A DNA stretch of 64,000 nucleotides from Atractiella rhizophila. Lineage: Eukaryota. Position numbers and translations under genes: made by a program. The notes below the pieces were generated by a model, which was not told the origin of the DNA, made no database searches, and was given only the letters and a program-made list of their open reading frames with translations. Shown piece by piece: positions 1 to 12,695 of the stretch (position 1 is the first letter of the stretch; each line of letters opens with the position of its first letter). The stretch spans positions 124,001-188,000 of the forward strand of contig MU271186.1 in assembly GCA_021432655.1 (NCBI GenBank). The letters run 5' to 3'.

Positions 1-760
1 CCACACGACCCAAGAAATTTCATAACCAAACGGGATGAGATAGCTCACCTCGCCTGATGGAATTTGAGGGTGGGGAAATCTGGATGCCCAATTTACGCAT
101 GACATCCCTCCCGATCCCAGTCGTAGGATCATTCTCCTCCACACCTGCATTCCTCACTTCCAATCCTTCCAAATGTCTAGTTTTCACAGCTTCATTTGCT
201 TGCACCATCCCTGTTTAATTCCGTCCAAACGTGAAAATGGTCATCAGCGTCAAAGTCGCAACAATGGCGAGCTCAGCCGAAAGCTTACCGTTGAAGATTG
301 TTGAAACACTGTCGCAGAACTAATGTCGGTACTGTGCTCCCCTGAGGTTGGAGCAGCTGTGCAGGCGTCGAGTGGAGGGGCATGAGGGTTTGGTCGCTTT
401 ATAAGGCTTTGTCACTTCGCTTCAACTTCCGATTCACTGGCTCCGGCGAATTCGGCACAAACCAGGCGGTTTGAGGAAGGATCAGGAACGACTTTGAGCC
501 AGCAAACGGATCAGAATAGGTTGTATAGGGTCGTATTTTGCATATACACAGAGACATTACATGGGTGACGGCGAATCCAAGTCCTTTAACTAGTGTACAC
601 GAGCTTGAAGAGAAAAAGATATAAAGTATGACTGACGTCCAGAAACAAGGCTGGCTGAATTGTCCACTGAGAGAAATTTAAGGACAGATGGGGGTACCGA
701 CGACAAATCGTTGCTATAACCATTGAGCATCACACTGAATCATGAACTCGAATCTAAGAT

Positions 761-2562
761 CTAATAGCTCGGAGGCCGTGTCGGTCGTGCAGGCTCGTAA
801 GGATTTGGCCAGGTCCTAGTAGAAACATAGGATGAAGGAGTTCCTCCAACACCCAAAGTGGCCTGAGATCCTTGTCTCTCCTGATGGGCTTGAGATGGAT
901 CTCGAGAGGAAATATGTGAAGGAAGACCGGGAAGGGTGGCGTCGCGTCCATGGCCGTCCATCGAGGCTGGCGGCTCGCCAGGAGGAGCAGAATAATGGCT
1001 ATCTGCACTATAGACGGAAGAGCGAGTATCCTCTTGTCTCTCCTTATCCCTCATAGCTCCCCCTCCAACCAGTGCTGCTGATACACCGCCTGGTGGCGGT
1101 GGTGGCGCCACCGAAGACGGAATCGAAGGAGGAGTACCGGGATTACTAGACTTGGGGAGAGCCGCGATCTGCTCGTAGGGATTGGCGACGGGAATAGTGG
1201 GGGCTCGGGAAGGGGCTAGAGAGGGAGCTTGAGGAGGAGATCGAGTTCCAGGAGGCGGAGGACCATAAGGAGTGTAGTAGTTAGAACCAGGGGGTCCAGG
1301 AGGGGGAGCGTAAGCGCCAGCATAACCGTTAGGCATTCCCGGAACCTGTGGACGAGGCATGGGAGGGGGAGGGCCTTGCGCTTGACCGTCGTACATTGAC
1401 CTGAACGGTTCTCGAGAGCTGGCGGTGCTGCCTGACTGCTGTCTCCGTGGACTCGGTTGGGCAGCGTATGGATCATACGGCGCCTGATTCCCATATCCTC
1501 TCGATGGGCTCTGGTTGGGTCTTCCAGCATTCGGACCCCGACCGTATCCCATCCCGACACCCGACACCCTCTCCTCGTCATCCGACTCCCTCATCGCAGT
1601 CAGAGGGACCTGTTCGGCATTGTTCCCATACTCCGCAAAAGCAGGCAGGTCCTTCCCATTCTTACTCTTGCTCCTTCCGAAGCTGTTTCCGAAATTGGGG
1701 ACGTAACCCGTGTTGGCTCGAGCCTTTTCAGCCGCAATGGCGTCCTGTCGCATGTTTGAAGCGAAGGCGGGATCCATGCTTGGCTTCCACTTTTCGTGTT
1801 CGGGATTTCGGTTCGAACGTTGACGAATACAACATCTCCCGCACCCGAAGAAGCAACCGGAGAGGGAGAGGAGGATGGCGGCTGTGAGGGTGAGCCAGAT
1901 GGCGTTCCCAAGCTGCGCGTTGACCGTGGTGCTGTCTCCTGTGTCCGAACTATTGATTCGGGACTTGGCGATGGAGAAGGTGATGATGTCGAAGATGAAA
2001 GCTAGCCAGGCGAAGGACGCGGCGAAGGATGCGAAGCAGGTCGTGAAGCAGGTGCCGGAAAACTCCCTGATTAAAGAAAGCAATCCTAAAATGGACGCAA
2101 TTCCGCCGAACGCAGCGGCAACGGGATGAATCACCAAAGCGTACGTGAGACCCTTGATGAGAGCTTGGCGACAACGGATCAGACCGGGAAGGCAGCCAAA
2201 TCACAACTACTCACAATTAGGAATTCCACCTAATGCATCTTTTGCGAGTCCCCCTATATTCAGGAGTGAATCCGCATCTGTGCAAACAAATCGTCTCAAT
2301 CTCCAAAGTTTCTGCTTCGAGGTAAGAAGAACGCACCCAGATCATAACCGAGTTTAGCTTTTGAGCAAGATCCAGCGATGCAAAGTCCCCAAGTGCCTAG
2401 TGTAATGTCTCCTCCGGTACTGAACTGTTGAATCGTAACAGTCAAGTTCGCCTTTAAGAAAAAGACAGATTTGATGATTGGGACGGAGAGAGAAACGACG
2501 ACGAGAAGGGCCGTGCCAACAAGAACGACCAGCGTTCCCGGGAAATTTGGGGAAATCGCCAT
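761..2562 (-). CDS. palI: SUR7/PalI (Rim9) family membrane protein with long Pro-rich C-terminal tail; 3 exons
   Basis: Exon 1 MAISPNFPGTLVVLVGTALLVVVSLSVPIIKSVFFL...ITLGTWGLCIAGSCSKAKLGYDL carries the G-x-W-G-x-C...C motif. Later exons give LTYALVIHPVAAAF and AQLGNAIWLTLTAAILL followed by a Pro/Ser-rich tail (ORF 761..2137). GT-AG introns near 2339-2280 and 2213-2164. Confidence 0.85.
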
Positions 2563-3537
2563 GAATCGAGGAAGCGAGAATTGGTCGTGAACAGGGGAAC
2601 GTTAGCGCTGGTCAGTTCAGTGCACTATTACTCAGTGTTACCTGGCAGTAATGGGCAATGGGATAAGACTCACCTTGATGGTGGTACAGTCAAGAAGCAC
2701 TGCTTTTTGTGTTCTGTGGCAGGTGGTTGCTGGTTTCGGATGGTTTGATGCAAGAATCACTCACCCCTGGCCCGCGCGTAAATTCGGCCTGTCCGCCGGA
2801 CCAGCTGCGCAATTTGTTGCTTCCGTGTTTCAGGTACGTACGTTCGCCTTTGTTTATATCAGACAAAGACGGCAGCGTGATTAAGACAGGCGACCATCTC
2901 AAACTGCCATCTCAGGATCTGAGGTATCATTCAAGCTTTCGAAGGTGAGCCTATTTGATTTGATACTCACGATTTGTGATTCTGATTCATTGAGATTCGC
3001 AGTGTATTGTCCAGAACTCAATTCAATTCGACGACGTTGGTCTTTGGTCGACAGTGCTTTGCGGTTGCCGTCCGTTCATGACTGCTTAACGCAGTAAGGC
3101 TGGATTGAAGCACCATGGCCACGTCAAGGAGGGGAACAGCTCCGCGTTACTACTACTGCAATGGGTGCAAGGTTCTTCCACCTTTCTAACATCTCGTGGA
3201 CAAGCTCGTTGATGGGACAATCTTGTCCAGATCGAATTCGAGACCTCAATGGATTGGAATAGGCATTGCGTCAGCATTGAAGATAACAGGGAGCTGCAGG
3301 TAACGCTCTTTCTTCCTAATCTACGTGCTGATTATCAAAGGAATATAGGAAGGACTGGGCGCGCTCCCTGATGGGACTGTAAGCTTCCCTTTGTCCTTCA
3401 GTCTTTACCAATTTTGAGGTACTCTTTCTTGGTAGATCCCTTCGCTCATTTGCCCCCAAAAAATCGATTCTGTCGAATTTTGGGTGGAGCGTCAGCGTTC
3501 TATTCTATCCAGTTTGCTCCAGCTGAGTGCGGAGTGA

Positions 3538-4959
3538 ATGTTAGATGCTTATCAGACTCGCACCAACATCAGTGAAAGTTTGATCGACGTATACACCGGA
3601 GAAGTCGTCCAAACTGCAACAGGAGCCCGCCAACTCTTCTGCTTCTATTGTCAACGAAACTTTGGCGGAGCAATCGAGTTTTCTCGACATTTGAAGACCG
3701 TGCCACACGAAGTCGTCTCCGTACAGAGCTCTTTTTTCTTCATCACTTCTCCAATGACCATGAACCAATCTACAGGTTCGTCCATATGACAACGGCTTTA
3801 CCTGCCCAGAACGAATCCGCGAACTTCAAATCCAGCACGGGCTGTCAGTCTCACCTCTATTTCCTCATTTAAGTCAGCTGAACGAAGGAATAGGGACCCT
3901 GATCCTCCACGTCCTCGATCAGTCTCAGTGCCTCAAACCGCCAGCCGAAACGATGACCAGCAGAGCGCACCAAGCAATCCTCCTCGTCCACGAACGCCGT
4001 ACACCAGATCTGATCAAGGTCAAGCTCCATGCCCCAATCCTCCGCGTGCGCGAACCCCATTCGCTAGAGACGATGAAGACCCGAGCTCGCGACGTTCGCA
4101 CGCCGATCCTCCGCGTTCGCGGACGCCGTTCGCTCGAGATGATGAGGATGAAGGTCCACGAGTTGTTCCACGCCGTTCACGAACGCAGTACGCTCGGGAG
4201 AGGAGCAGGAGCAGGAGCAGAGGCAGAGTATCTTATGAGGCAGAAGAACGAATCAGGGGAATGCAGTCTCCTAATCCTGCAGAAGGACAGGGGAGAGCGT
4301 TTCCCACCCCTGGTGCAGAAGAGCGAGGCAGAACGTATCCAGTTCCTCGTGCAGGCGGCAGGACATATCCCGTTCCCCGTGCGGCAGAGGGTACAACGTA
4401 TCAAGTTCCTCCTCTTGCTGAAGAACGAGCCAGAACGGCTTCCGTTCCCCTTGCAGGAGGCAGAACATATACTGTCCCTCTTGCGGAAGAGCTTGGCAGA
4501 ACATATCCCATTCCTCCTCCAGAAGAGCTAAGGCGGCCATTCTATCCTGCCCGTGCATCGACCTCCTTTGAGGGAGAAGAGTGGAGGAGAGCGAATTCTC
4601 CTCCTCAAACGTCTTCTTCCTACACCACGCCCGGTAATCCACCGTTCCCTTCTGCACCGCAAGCGTCCGCTCCCTACACCACAATGGGAAATCCACCGTA
4701 CTCCTCTTTTCCACAGGCTTCTTCTTACACCACTATGGGGAATCCACCGTACTCCACTGCACCTCAAGCGTCCGCTTCCTACACCACAACGAGGAACTCA
4801 CCTCACCCCTCTGCGCCTCAAGCGTCCGCTCCCTACACCACAATGGGAAATCCACCGTACTCCTCTTTTCCACAAGCGTCTTTCCGCATCTGTGCCAACA
4901 AATCGTCTCAATCTCCAAAGCTTCTCCTTCAAGATAAGAAGAACGCACCAAGATCGTAA
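3538..4959 (+). pseudogene. Orphan zinc-finger / Pro-repeat / coiled-coil gene A, copy 1, truncated at the duplication junction
   Basis: Exons MLDAYQ...FCFYCQRNFGGAIEFSRHLKTVPHEVVS | VRPYDNGFTCPERIRELQIQHGL | DPDPPRPR... At 4883 the ORF runs into antisense PalI intron sequence and lacks the coiled-coil end present in the other copies. Confidence 0.6.
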
Positions 4960-5174
4960 CCGAGTTTGGCTTTTGAGCAAGATCCAGCGATGCAAAGTCC
5001 CCAAGTGCCTAGTGTAATGTCTCCTCCGGTACTGAACTGTTGAATCGTGACTGTCAAGTTCGCCTTTAGGAAAAAGACAGATTTGATGATTGGGACGGAG
5101 AGAGAGACGACGACGAGAAGGGCCGTGCCAACAAGAACGACCAGCGTTCCCGGGAAATTTGGGGAAATCGCCAT
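4883..5174 (-). pseudogene. 5' fragment (exon 1 plus intron 1) of the PalI-family gene
   Basis: ORF 4929..5174 encodes the same exon 1 peptide; downstream exons are absent past the junction at 4883. Confidence 0.85.
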
Positions 5175-6147
5175 GAATCGAGAAGCGAGAAATTGGTCGT
5201 GAACAGGTAACGTTAGGGCTGGTCAGTTCAGTGCACTGATACCCAGTGTTAGCTGGCAGTAGTGGGCAGTAGGGATAAAGGATAAGACTCACCTTGATGG
5301 TGGTACAGTCAAGAAGCACTGCTTTTTGTGTTCTGTGGCAGGGTGGTTGCTGGTTTCGGATGGTTTGATGCAAGAATCACTCACCCCTGCCCGCGCGTAA
5401 ATTCGGCCTGTCCGCCGGACCAGCTGCGTAATTTGTTGCTTCCGTGTTTCAGGTACGTACGTTCGCCTTTGTTGTCAGACAAAGACGGCAGCGTGATTAA
5501 GACAGGCGACCATCTCAAACTGCCATCCCAGGTTCAGGCATTATTCAAGCTTCGAAGGTGCGCCTACTTGATTGGATATCCACAATGTAATTCTGAGTTG
5601 TTGAGATTCGCAGTGGATCGTCGAGAACTCACTTCAGTTCGACAACGTTGGTCCTTGGTCGAAAGTGCTTTACGGTTGCCGTCCGTTCATGACTGGTTAA
5701 CGCAGTAAGGCTGGATTGAAGCACCATGGCCACGTCAAGGCGGGGAACCGCTCCACGTTACTACTACTGCAACGGGTGCAAGGTTCTTCCAGTTTCCTAA
5801 CCTCCCGTGGACAAGCTCGTTGATGGGACAATCTTGTCCAGATCGAATTCGAGACCTCAATGGATTGGAATAGGCATTGTGTCAGCATTGAAGATAACAG
5901 GGAGCTGCAGGTAACGCTCTTTCTTCCTAATCTACGTGCTGATTGTCAAGGGAATATAGGAAGGACTCGGCGCGCTCCCTGATGGAACTGTAAGCTTCCC
6001 TTTGTCCTTCAATCTTGACGAATATGAGGTGCTCTTTCTTGGTAGATCCCTTCGCTCATTTGCCCCCAAAAAATAGATTCTGTCGAATTTTGGGTGGAGC
6101 GTCAGCGTTCTATTCGGTCGAGTTTGCCGTAGCTGAGTGCGGAGTGA

Positions 6148-7887
6148 ATGTTAGATGCCTATCAGACTCGCACCAACATCAGTGAAAGTCTGATCGACGT
6201 ATACACCGGAGAAGTCGTCCAAACTGCAACAGGAGCCCGCCAACTCTTCTGCTTCTATTGTCAACGAAACTTTGGCGGAGCAATCGAGTTTTCTCGACAT
6301 TTGAAGACCGTGCCACACGAAGTCGTCTCTGTACAGAGCTCTTTTTTCTTCATCACTTATCCAATGACCATGAACCAATCTACAGGTTCGTCCATATGAC
6401 AACGGCTTTACCTGCCCAGAACGAATCCGCGAACTTCAAATCCAGCACGGGCTGTCAGTCTCACCTCGATTTCCTCATTTAAGTCAGCTGAACGAGGGAA
6501 TAGGGACCCTGATCCTCCTGCACGTCCTCGATCAGTACCAGCACCTCAAGCCGCCAGCCGAAATGATGACCAGCAGAGCGCACAAAGCAATCCTCCTCGT
6601 CCACGAACGCCATACACCAGATCCGATCAAGATCAGGCTCCACGCGCCAATCCTCCCCGTGCGCGAACCCCATTCGCTAGAGACGATGAAGACCCGAGCT
6701 CGCGACGTTCGCACGCCAATCCTCCGCGTTCGCGAACGCCGTTTGCTCGAGATGATGAAGATGAGGGCCCACGAGTTGTTCCACGTCGTTCACGGACGCC
6801 GTATGCTCGGGGAAGAAGCAGGAGCAGGAGCAGGAGCAGAGGCAGAGTATCTTATGAGGCGGAAGAACGGATCAGGGGAATGCAGTCTCCCAATCCTGCA
6901 GAAGGACAGGGGAGAGCGTTTCCCACCCCTGGTGCAGAAGAGCGAGGTAGAACGTATCCAGTTCCTCGTGCTGGAGGCAGAACCTATCCCGTTCCCCGTG
7001 CGGCAGAGGGTACAACGTATCAAGTTCCTCCTCTTGCTGAAGAACGAGCCAGAACGGCTTCCGTTCCTCTTGCAGGAGGCAGAACATATACTGTTCCTCT
7101 TGCGGAAGAGCTTGGCAGAACATATCCCATCCCTCCTCCAGAAGAGCTAAGGAGGCCATTCTATCCTGCCCGTGCATCGACCTCCTTTGAGGGTGAAGAG
7201 TGGAGGAGAGCGAATTCTCCTCCTCAATCGTCCTCTTCCTACACCACGCCCGGTAATCCACCGTTCCCTTCTGCACCGCAAGCGTCCGCTCCCTACACCA
7301 CAATAGGAAATCCACCGTACTCCTCTTTTCCACAGGCTTCTTCTTACACCACAATGGGGAATCCACCGTACTCCACTGCACCTCCAGGGTCCGCTTCCTA
7401 CGCCACAATGGGAAATCCACCGTACTCCTCTTTTCCACAAGCGTCTTCGTACGCCATGAGGGGGAATCCACCGTACTCCTCTGCACCTCAGGCTACCGCT
7501 GCCTACACCACTACTCCACCTCATTGGCAAGATACGACAATGCCTGAGTTCAGGGGTGGTTTGGGCGACGATGAAGACCCACGTCTTCACGCGCTCAGGG
7601 GGCACATGATTCAGATAACGAACAGTCTATTGAAACTTGAAGGAGACCTGATCCATTTGACTGAACAGGTGCAAAAATTCCAACAAGAGAGAAGAGAGAA
7701 GGAGAGCATTCGGGATGACCTGTTGAGAAAGCTTCAAAATGCTGGTATGAGAAACGGGTCCGTCTTTCTGTCGATTTGTGCAAGATGTCTCGGTTGTTTG
7801 TTGTCTTCTTTGCATGGTTTCTTTCAAACGTTCCATGACCCCTGTCCTAGTATGAGACAAAGCCATTTTGCTCTCAGTCCGTCATAA
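6148..7887 (+). CDS. Orphan zinc-finger / Pro-repeat / coiled-coil gene A, copy 2 (3' end uncertain)
   Basis: Same spliced structure as copy 1. Contains GRTYPVP and YTTMGNPPYSSFPQASS repeats and the heptad-like LHALRGHMIQITNSLLKLEGDLIHLTEQVQKFQQERREKE. Lacks 4 nt (gtgt) that give the stop after AGMRV in copy 3. Confidence 0.6.
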
Positions 7888-8693
7888 TTATTTGTGCTGA
7901 TCACAAAAATTTGAGCATTAAACTCTTAACTTGAACAGAAGCCGGAGACCCTACAGATGGTACTCAATTCAACTCTCGTAACTGGGTCCAGACTCTGCTG
8001 CCTTCACATGCACTGCTTACATTTAACTTTACTTCGCGTTCAGACAGAAGTGACAGCAATAAGCCAAATCTGGTGGAAACATCCGATACACAATCAATAA
8101 AAGGGCTAGCCTGTATCTGTTCAGCCCATTTTCCCAAGGCTTCCCTACATCAAAGCAGATTGAAGGCCGCAATTTTCAGTAACAAATACACATCAGGCTG
8201 CCATATTCTCCACTCTTCGCCTTTTTGGGCTGATGCTCAAGGTTATGGTAAAGCTTATCAAGGGTCTATAAAGTTCGGGAAGGGAAACTGCCAGATCTGG
8301 GTGTCAGGGCACAAGTGCTTATCGTACCTTTTACTGATTTTCATGAAAGTTCGAGGGACAGAGCGCAGGACATAGCGCGATCACAGACAGTACAAAGGGA
8401 AGCACGGGCTCCTATTGCACCATTTACCACCCTCTCAAGCCACTCAAGCTTTTTTGTCCCTAGCCCTTGTGCTGTAACATCTCTTCAGATATTAGATGGT
8501 GCGTTGTTGTAGATAAGAAGTGCAGACTCTGATGTGTTTTCATAATGGGTACAGCGCCATTGTCGAGCTGTCGTCCTGCACTTCGTTTAGAGACTGCCTG
8601 TATAATCTACCATCGTCGGTTCTCTCATCCCCTTCCTCTTAATGATATTTACGAAGTCGCTTCTAGCACACAGGCCACCTATACATCATAACT

Positions 8694-9765
8694 ATGGTGC
8701 AACCACCTGCTATATGGAGGCTTTCGGAATGCGATCCAAGGGACGATGAATCGAGCCCTTACTCGACGATCACCTCGGTATTGCATGCACTGCGATACTC
8801 AGGTAGCAGTCTGATCTTTCAAGTGAAAACCAACTAATGATAAGGCAGTTTACCGCTACTGCTGTCTATGAGAGGCACAAACTCGACATTCCTGATGAGA
8901 ACAAGAGAGTCCGTTGTTCAATATCGTTATTTGGTAAAATGTCGCTGAGGTTTTCATTCCAGACACAACTCGGGGGAGCGACAAAAACATGTCCAGAACG
9001 TCTCGCGTCAACAGGTACGTTCTCACCGTACACTTCTCAAACACCTCACCTCATGATTGGTCACGCCAAGGTTACTGGATGGGGGCACGTCTTTGGGTAT
9101 AATTTATATTCCCTATTTCTAATGATTGGAATGGGGTAGTCGCCGAAGAAACCTACAGACATCAAGATGATCGAGTGTTACTTGGGCAAGAGCATTCCCA
9201 CCTCTGTCTGGTGCCACAACCCCACTCGCTGCGCGTCAGTCACTGTCCTTCGCTTCCACTGCAGAATAAATCTGACTGACTTGAATAGCTTTGAATGTCA
9301 TTGGTGTCCTGGTAAACGTGTTTAAATTATTGGATACTTGATTCTGATAAAGCTATCTAGGACAATGGTTCAATCCGAAGGATTTCAGCTCTCCCACTCA
9401 TTTAGTTGACCTAGTACAAATGTTAAGCAACGATCCAATCAGGGTTGCAAGATTTCGGGTATGATGTGCCTTGTGAGCATAAAATGAATCAATGAGCCTG
9501 ACACAGGAACTGCTCAATGACAAAGACGTCAAACACATCTGCAAAATGTTGTATGATAAAACGGTGAAGATTTTAGATGCGTTCGTGTTCTTCCCTCGTG
9601 TTGTTTTATGACGACTGAGGAGGCGACAGAGAGCTGGTGAGAGGAAGAGTGAGGGTGCAGAGGGAAGTTGAAGAAGCGCGAGCAAGAGCTGCTGCTGCTG
9701 CAAATGCCACACAGACACCAGCAGAGACACGAGCAGCAGCACCTGTACCAACACCTGCTCCATTG
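8694..9765 (+). pseudogene. Orphan gene B, partial copy with a 2-bp deletion, ending at the scaffold gap
   Basis: Near-identical to 14567-15639, but gaatcgagccc replaces gaatcgaaagccc (frameshift in exon 1). Confidence 0.55.
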
Positions 9766-9790
9766 NNNNNNNNNNNNNNNNNNNNNNNNN
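9766..9790. other. Assembly gap (25 N)
   Basis: Run of n characters. Confidence 1.
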
Positions 9791-12695
9791 CGTAAGGGGA
9801 CTAAGCAAGAAGGCGGAGTATTCTATGAGACGGAGACGAGGACGAGGACGAGGAGAGGGCTCGCATGACGCAAGCACTTGCCGCACCTTGTTGAGCACCT
9901 GGGAGTAGGAGTAGTAGAGCTCGCTTGCCGCAAGCGCTTGCGCCTCCTAGCCGCACGCTTGCAGCGCTCGAGCCCAGAAGTAGCAGAGATCGCTTACCCC
10001 AAGCGCGTGCGCCTCCTAACCCCGTACCTCGAACTGGAACTAGTCTAGACCACATGCCGCAAGCACCTGCTCCTCCTAACGAACCACGCGAGACGACCAG
10101 TAGCAAAGCCGACCGCCAAACTCCGTGACTCTGACTAGCTCCTGCACCTCCTAGTCCCAGGGATAAGGAAGCAAGTCGACTGAATTTACTCCTTTATCTC
10201 CACTCTGACTGTCGGGCACGACCTAAACTTCAAGCGCCTAAGCAAGACCCGTCCATTTCGGCAACAGTATACCTGCTTGGACATCTAACCAAGTACCAGT
10301 AACCTATTCACTACTTCTTTTTTCTCGAGACATGTCTCTGCTGAAGCACACCGTGCCAGAAGTTTACAGCTCTTTTGAGCTAACGAGGCGGTTTCAAAGC
10401 AACTGTTATCTTCGTCTTCTCAACCGCCCGAGGACAACGTCAAACCTGCTGAAGAGGCCACATATGCAGCTAGTTTGAAAGTGACTACAACCACGCTCAG
10501 ACTATTCGTAGATTGTAAGTGAGGCGTGAGTCGATGTCGTTTGACCTGCTTATCTTGCGACTGCGAGGTGGGTTTTAAGCTGTCTTAGATAAAAAACCCC
10601 CGTTTACTCGCTTCCCCTAGATGGTTCTTTCTCGTGGAGTTTAAGCACTTCTAACTTCCTGTTTCCCTTCGAATGTCAAGGTAGTCCCTCGCGCGGGTCA
10701 GGAAGGATATAAGGGAACTGTTAGTCGTGCATCTAATCCTTCTTTCTCGCAATGGACGTCGAGGGACAATAGAAGTTACGACTGCGTTACGGATAAGGTT
10801 AGGTAACTCCAGAGCTTAAGCTAGACCTGTTCTAACAGGGTAGTTGCTCGAACAGGTGCTCTCCAATCTTTTGACCTTCTTGGAACGTGGGTAACGTCAT
10901 CATCATTGCGCCTCGCCAAGGGGAGGAACTGCACCGGTACCACGAAGTTAGGTCGGAATGACGCAATTCGTCAGTACTTGCCTGCCGTTGGCGTTTCGTG
11001 AAAGCTGGTTCCTGGTTGCAACAGCTTGACTTCACTCAAGAGCTGCTAGGTGACGCTTAGAGTTGTTGAGTCTTAGTGTTTAGCACCCTATAGGTTTAGT
11101 TCATCCGAGTGGAAGCTTTCGAACTTATTATGGAGTTGGACTCTACCGTCAAACTCTACCAGCGGACAGAATTAGTGCGACGGCAGAAACAGACTATTTG
11201 TTTCCGCTTGCATGCATGGACTTTGTGCCTTCGTTGTTTAACGCGTCGACCAGGCCGCCTGTCCGGCTTAAATGCGCGCCCGGTCCCCACTCACTAAGAA
11301 CGTAGTTTGGTAGGCTTTGGTCGTTGGTGGGACGGTGTCTTGTGTTTTTCGTCACGAAGAACTGACATGGTGGTAGTTCCACTCAGAATAGGAAATAGGG
11401 ATGACGGGTGATGACGGTCGATTGTGACCCATAGTCACGTGACTTGACTGGTCGGGATTGCAAGTGGACAAGTGTTGGTTAAAGAGCGAAGAGCTAAGTA
11501 CCGCTAAAGGGGTTTAAAGGGCCCTTGCGACCAGCAAGAACAACCGTGCCGGGAAGAGCAGCAGCAAGAGAGAGAGGCAGGGTTAGTAGTTTAGACAGAA
11601 AAGGATTTCCGCTTGAACTGTCAGTGCTAAGTTGTCAAGTCATGGCCTCCTCTGTAATGTGATCCGTGAACCCCTGAAACGTAGCGACCTAGAACGAGTT
11701 TTCGATTTTGAGCCAATGCTAGAACCACGCAAGAAGAATGGAACTTCCTCTTTGAAACCTCTAACTCTGCTAAACAAACGTGTCTACGCCTAAGTGAGGA
11801 CTTATATCCCCCTGAGCGTTTTCTACGTAATCCACCTTAAGGATTAACACTCATCAACACTAAACCGACGGAAGGGCCAGACTAGGCAACAGCGGTTCGA
11901 GAGTAGTTCCCAGAGTGCATGCGAAACCACTAAGTAGGGCAACGGCGACGCAAGCCGCCTTAACGCAGGTAAAATCCTAACGAAAGAAATTAGTCCCTCA
12001 AAAGGCCGTGGACGAAGTGCTGGACGAAGCGTAGGAAGCGGCGCAGGAAGCGGACCGATCGAAAGTAGAAGCTGTAGTAGTGGAAGAGGTAGCGGTTCAG
12101 GGCTTAGTTATCAAGCCTGTGTCCTCTGTCGTGGTGCCAGTTGCGCGTCGAACCCTTGCGGTAGACCGAGTGGGAGTGTCGGCGGTAGGAGGAGAGGGAG
12201 AGGCCAACGAAAAAGCCCACGCCCTCTACAACATAAGCAGTTGCAAGCTTGGCTTTAGGGCTTGTGCTTTTCACCTTCGGTTCGTACCTAGGGCGGAAGC
12301 GAAGTTTGTACGCTGTCCTGCGGTAACGCCGACTTTTCCGAGCTCGGTTGTGCCCAATGCAGGGGGTTAAAGCCTTTGTCGAAGCCTTCCTCGTTCTCAT
12401 TCTTACCCTTCCTGGACGGACGAAAACGCCTCATACCCTTGTTACGGCTTTGTCCAGGGAGACTGACGCTACTCCCTCAGCCTACTGCTCCTCTCCCACA
12501 GCCCACAGCCCTACCCTATGCCAGCCCCAGGCTTACGACCTTCTGGGTTGGTCTCGGGTGGCTCTCCTATACCTTAGTCCGCGGCATACTAGGTATGCGA
12601 CGGGTTGGCTCAGGTGCCTCTGTCGTCAGTCCTTCGTGGCGGTCGAGAGCTCTTGGCAAGTCCAGTTACATGCTGCCAGTTCGCGTTCCGGGAGG
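9791..12695. repeat. Mirror (reversed, non-complemented) copy of 1368-4264
   Basis: 9791 cgtaaggggactaagcaagaag read backwards is gaagaacgaatcaggggaatgc (ending 4264). Reading backwards from 12695 gives ggagggccttgcgcttgaccgtcgtacattgacc (starting 1368). The match held at the internal positions checked. Confidence 0.97.

Larger units (their letters stand above)
2271..7447. repeat. Direct tandem duplication of ~2.6 kb (2271-4882 and 4883-~7447)
   Basis: tccgcatctgtgc..aaatcgtctcaatctccaaag starts at both 2271 and 4883. The ORF track repeats (PalI exon 1, zinc-finger exon, Pro-rich ORF) with scattered substitutions. Confidence 0.95.

Noticed and set aside
20..390. 5' part of a minus-strand gene running off the window start
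   Set aside because: Splice-like signals are present but no consistent start or recognisable domain was found.
4600..4880. CRISPR-like array of regularly spaced repeats
   Set aside because: Eukaryotic context, no unique spacers, and the units are in-frame coding repeats.
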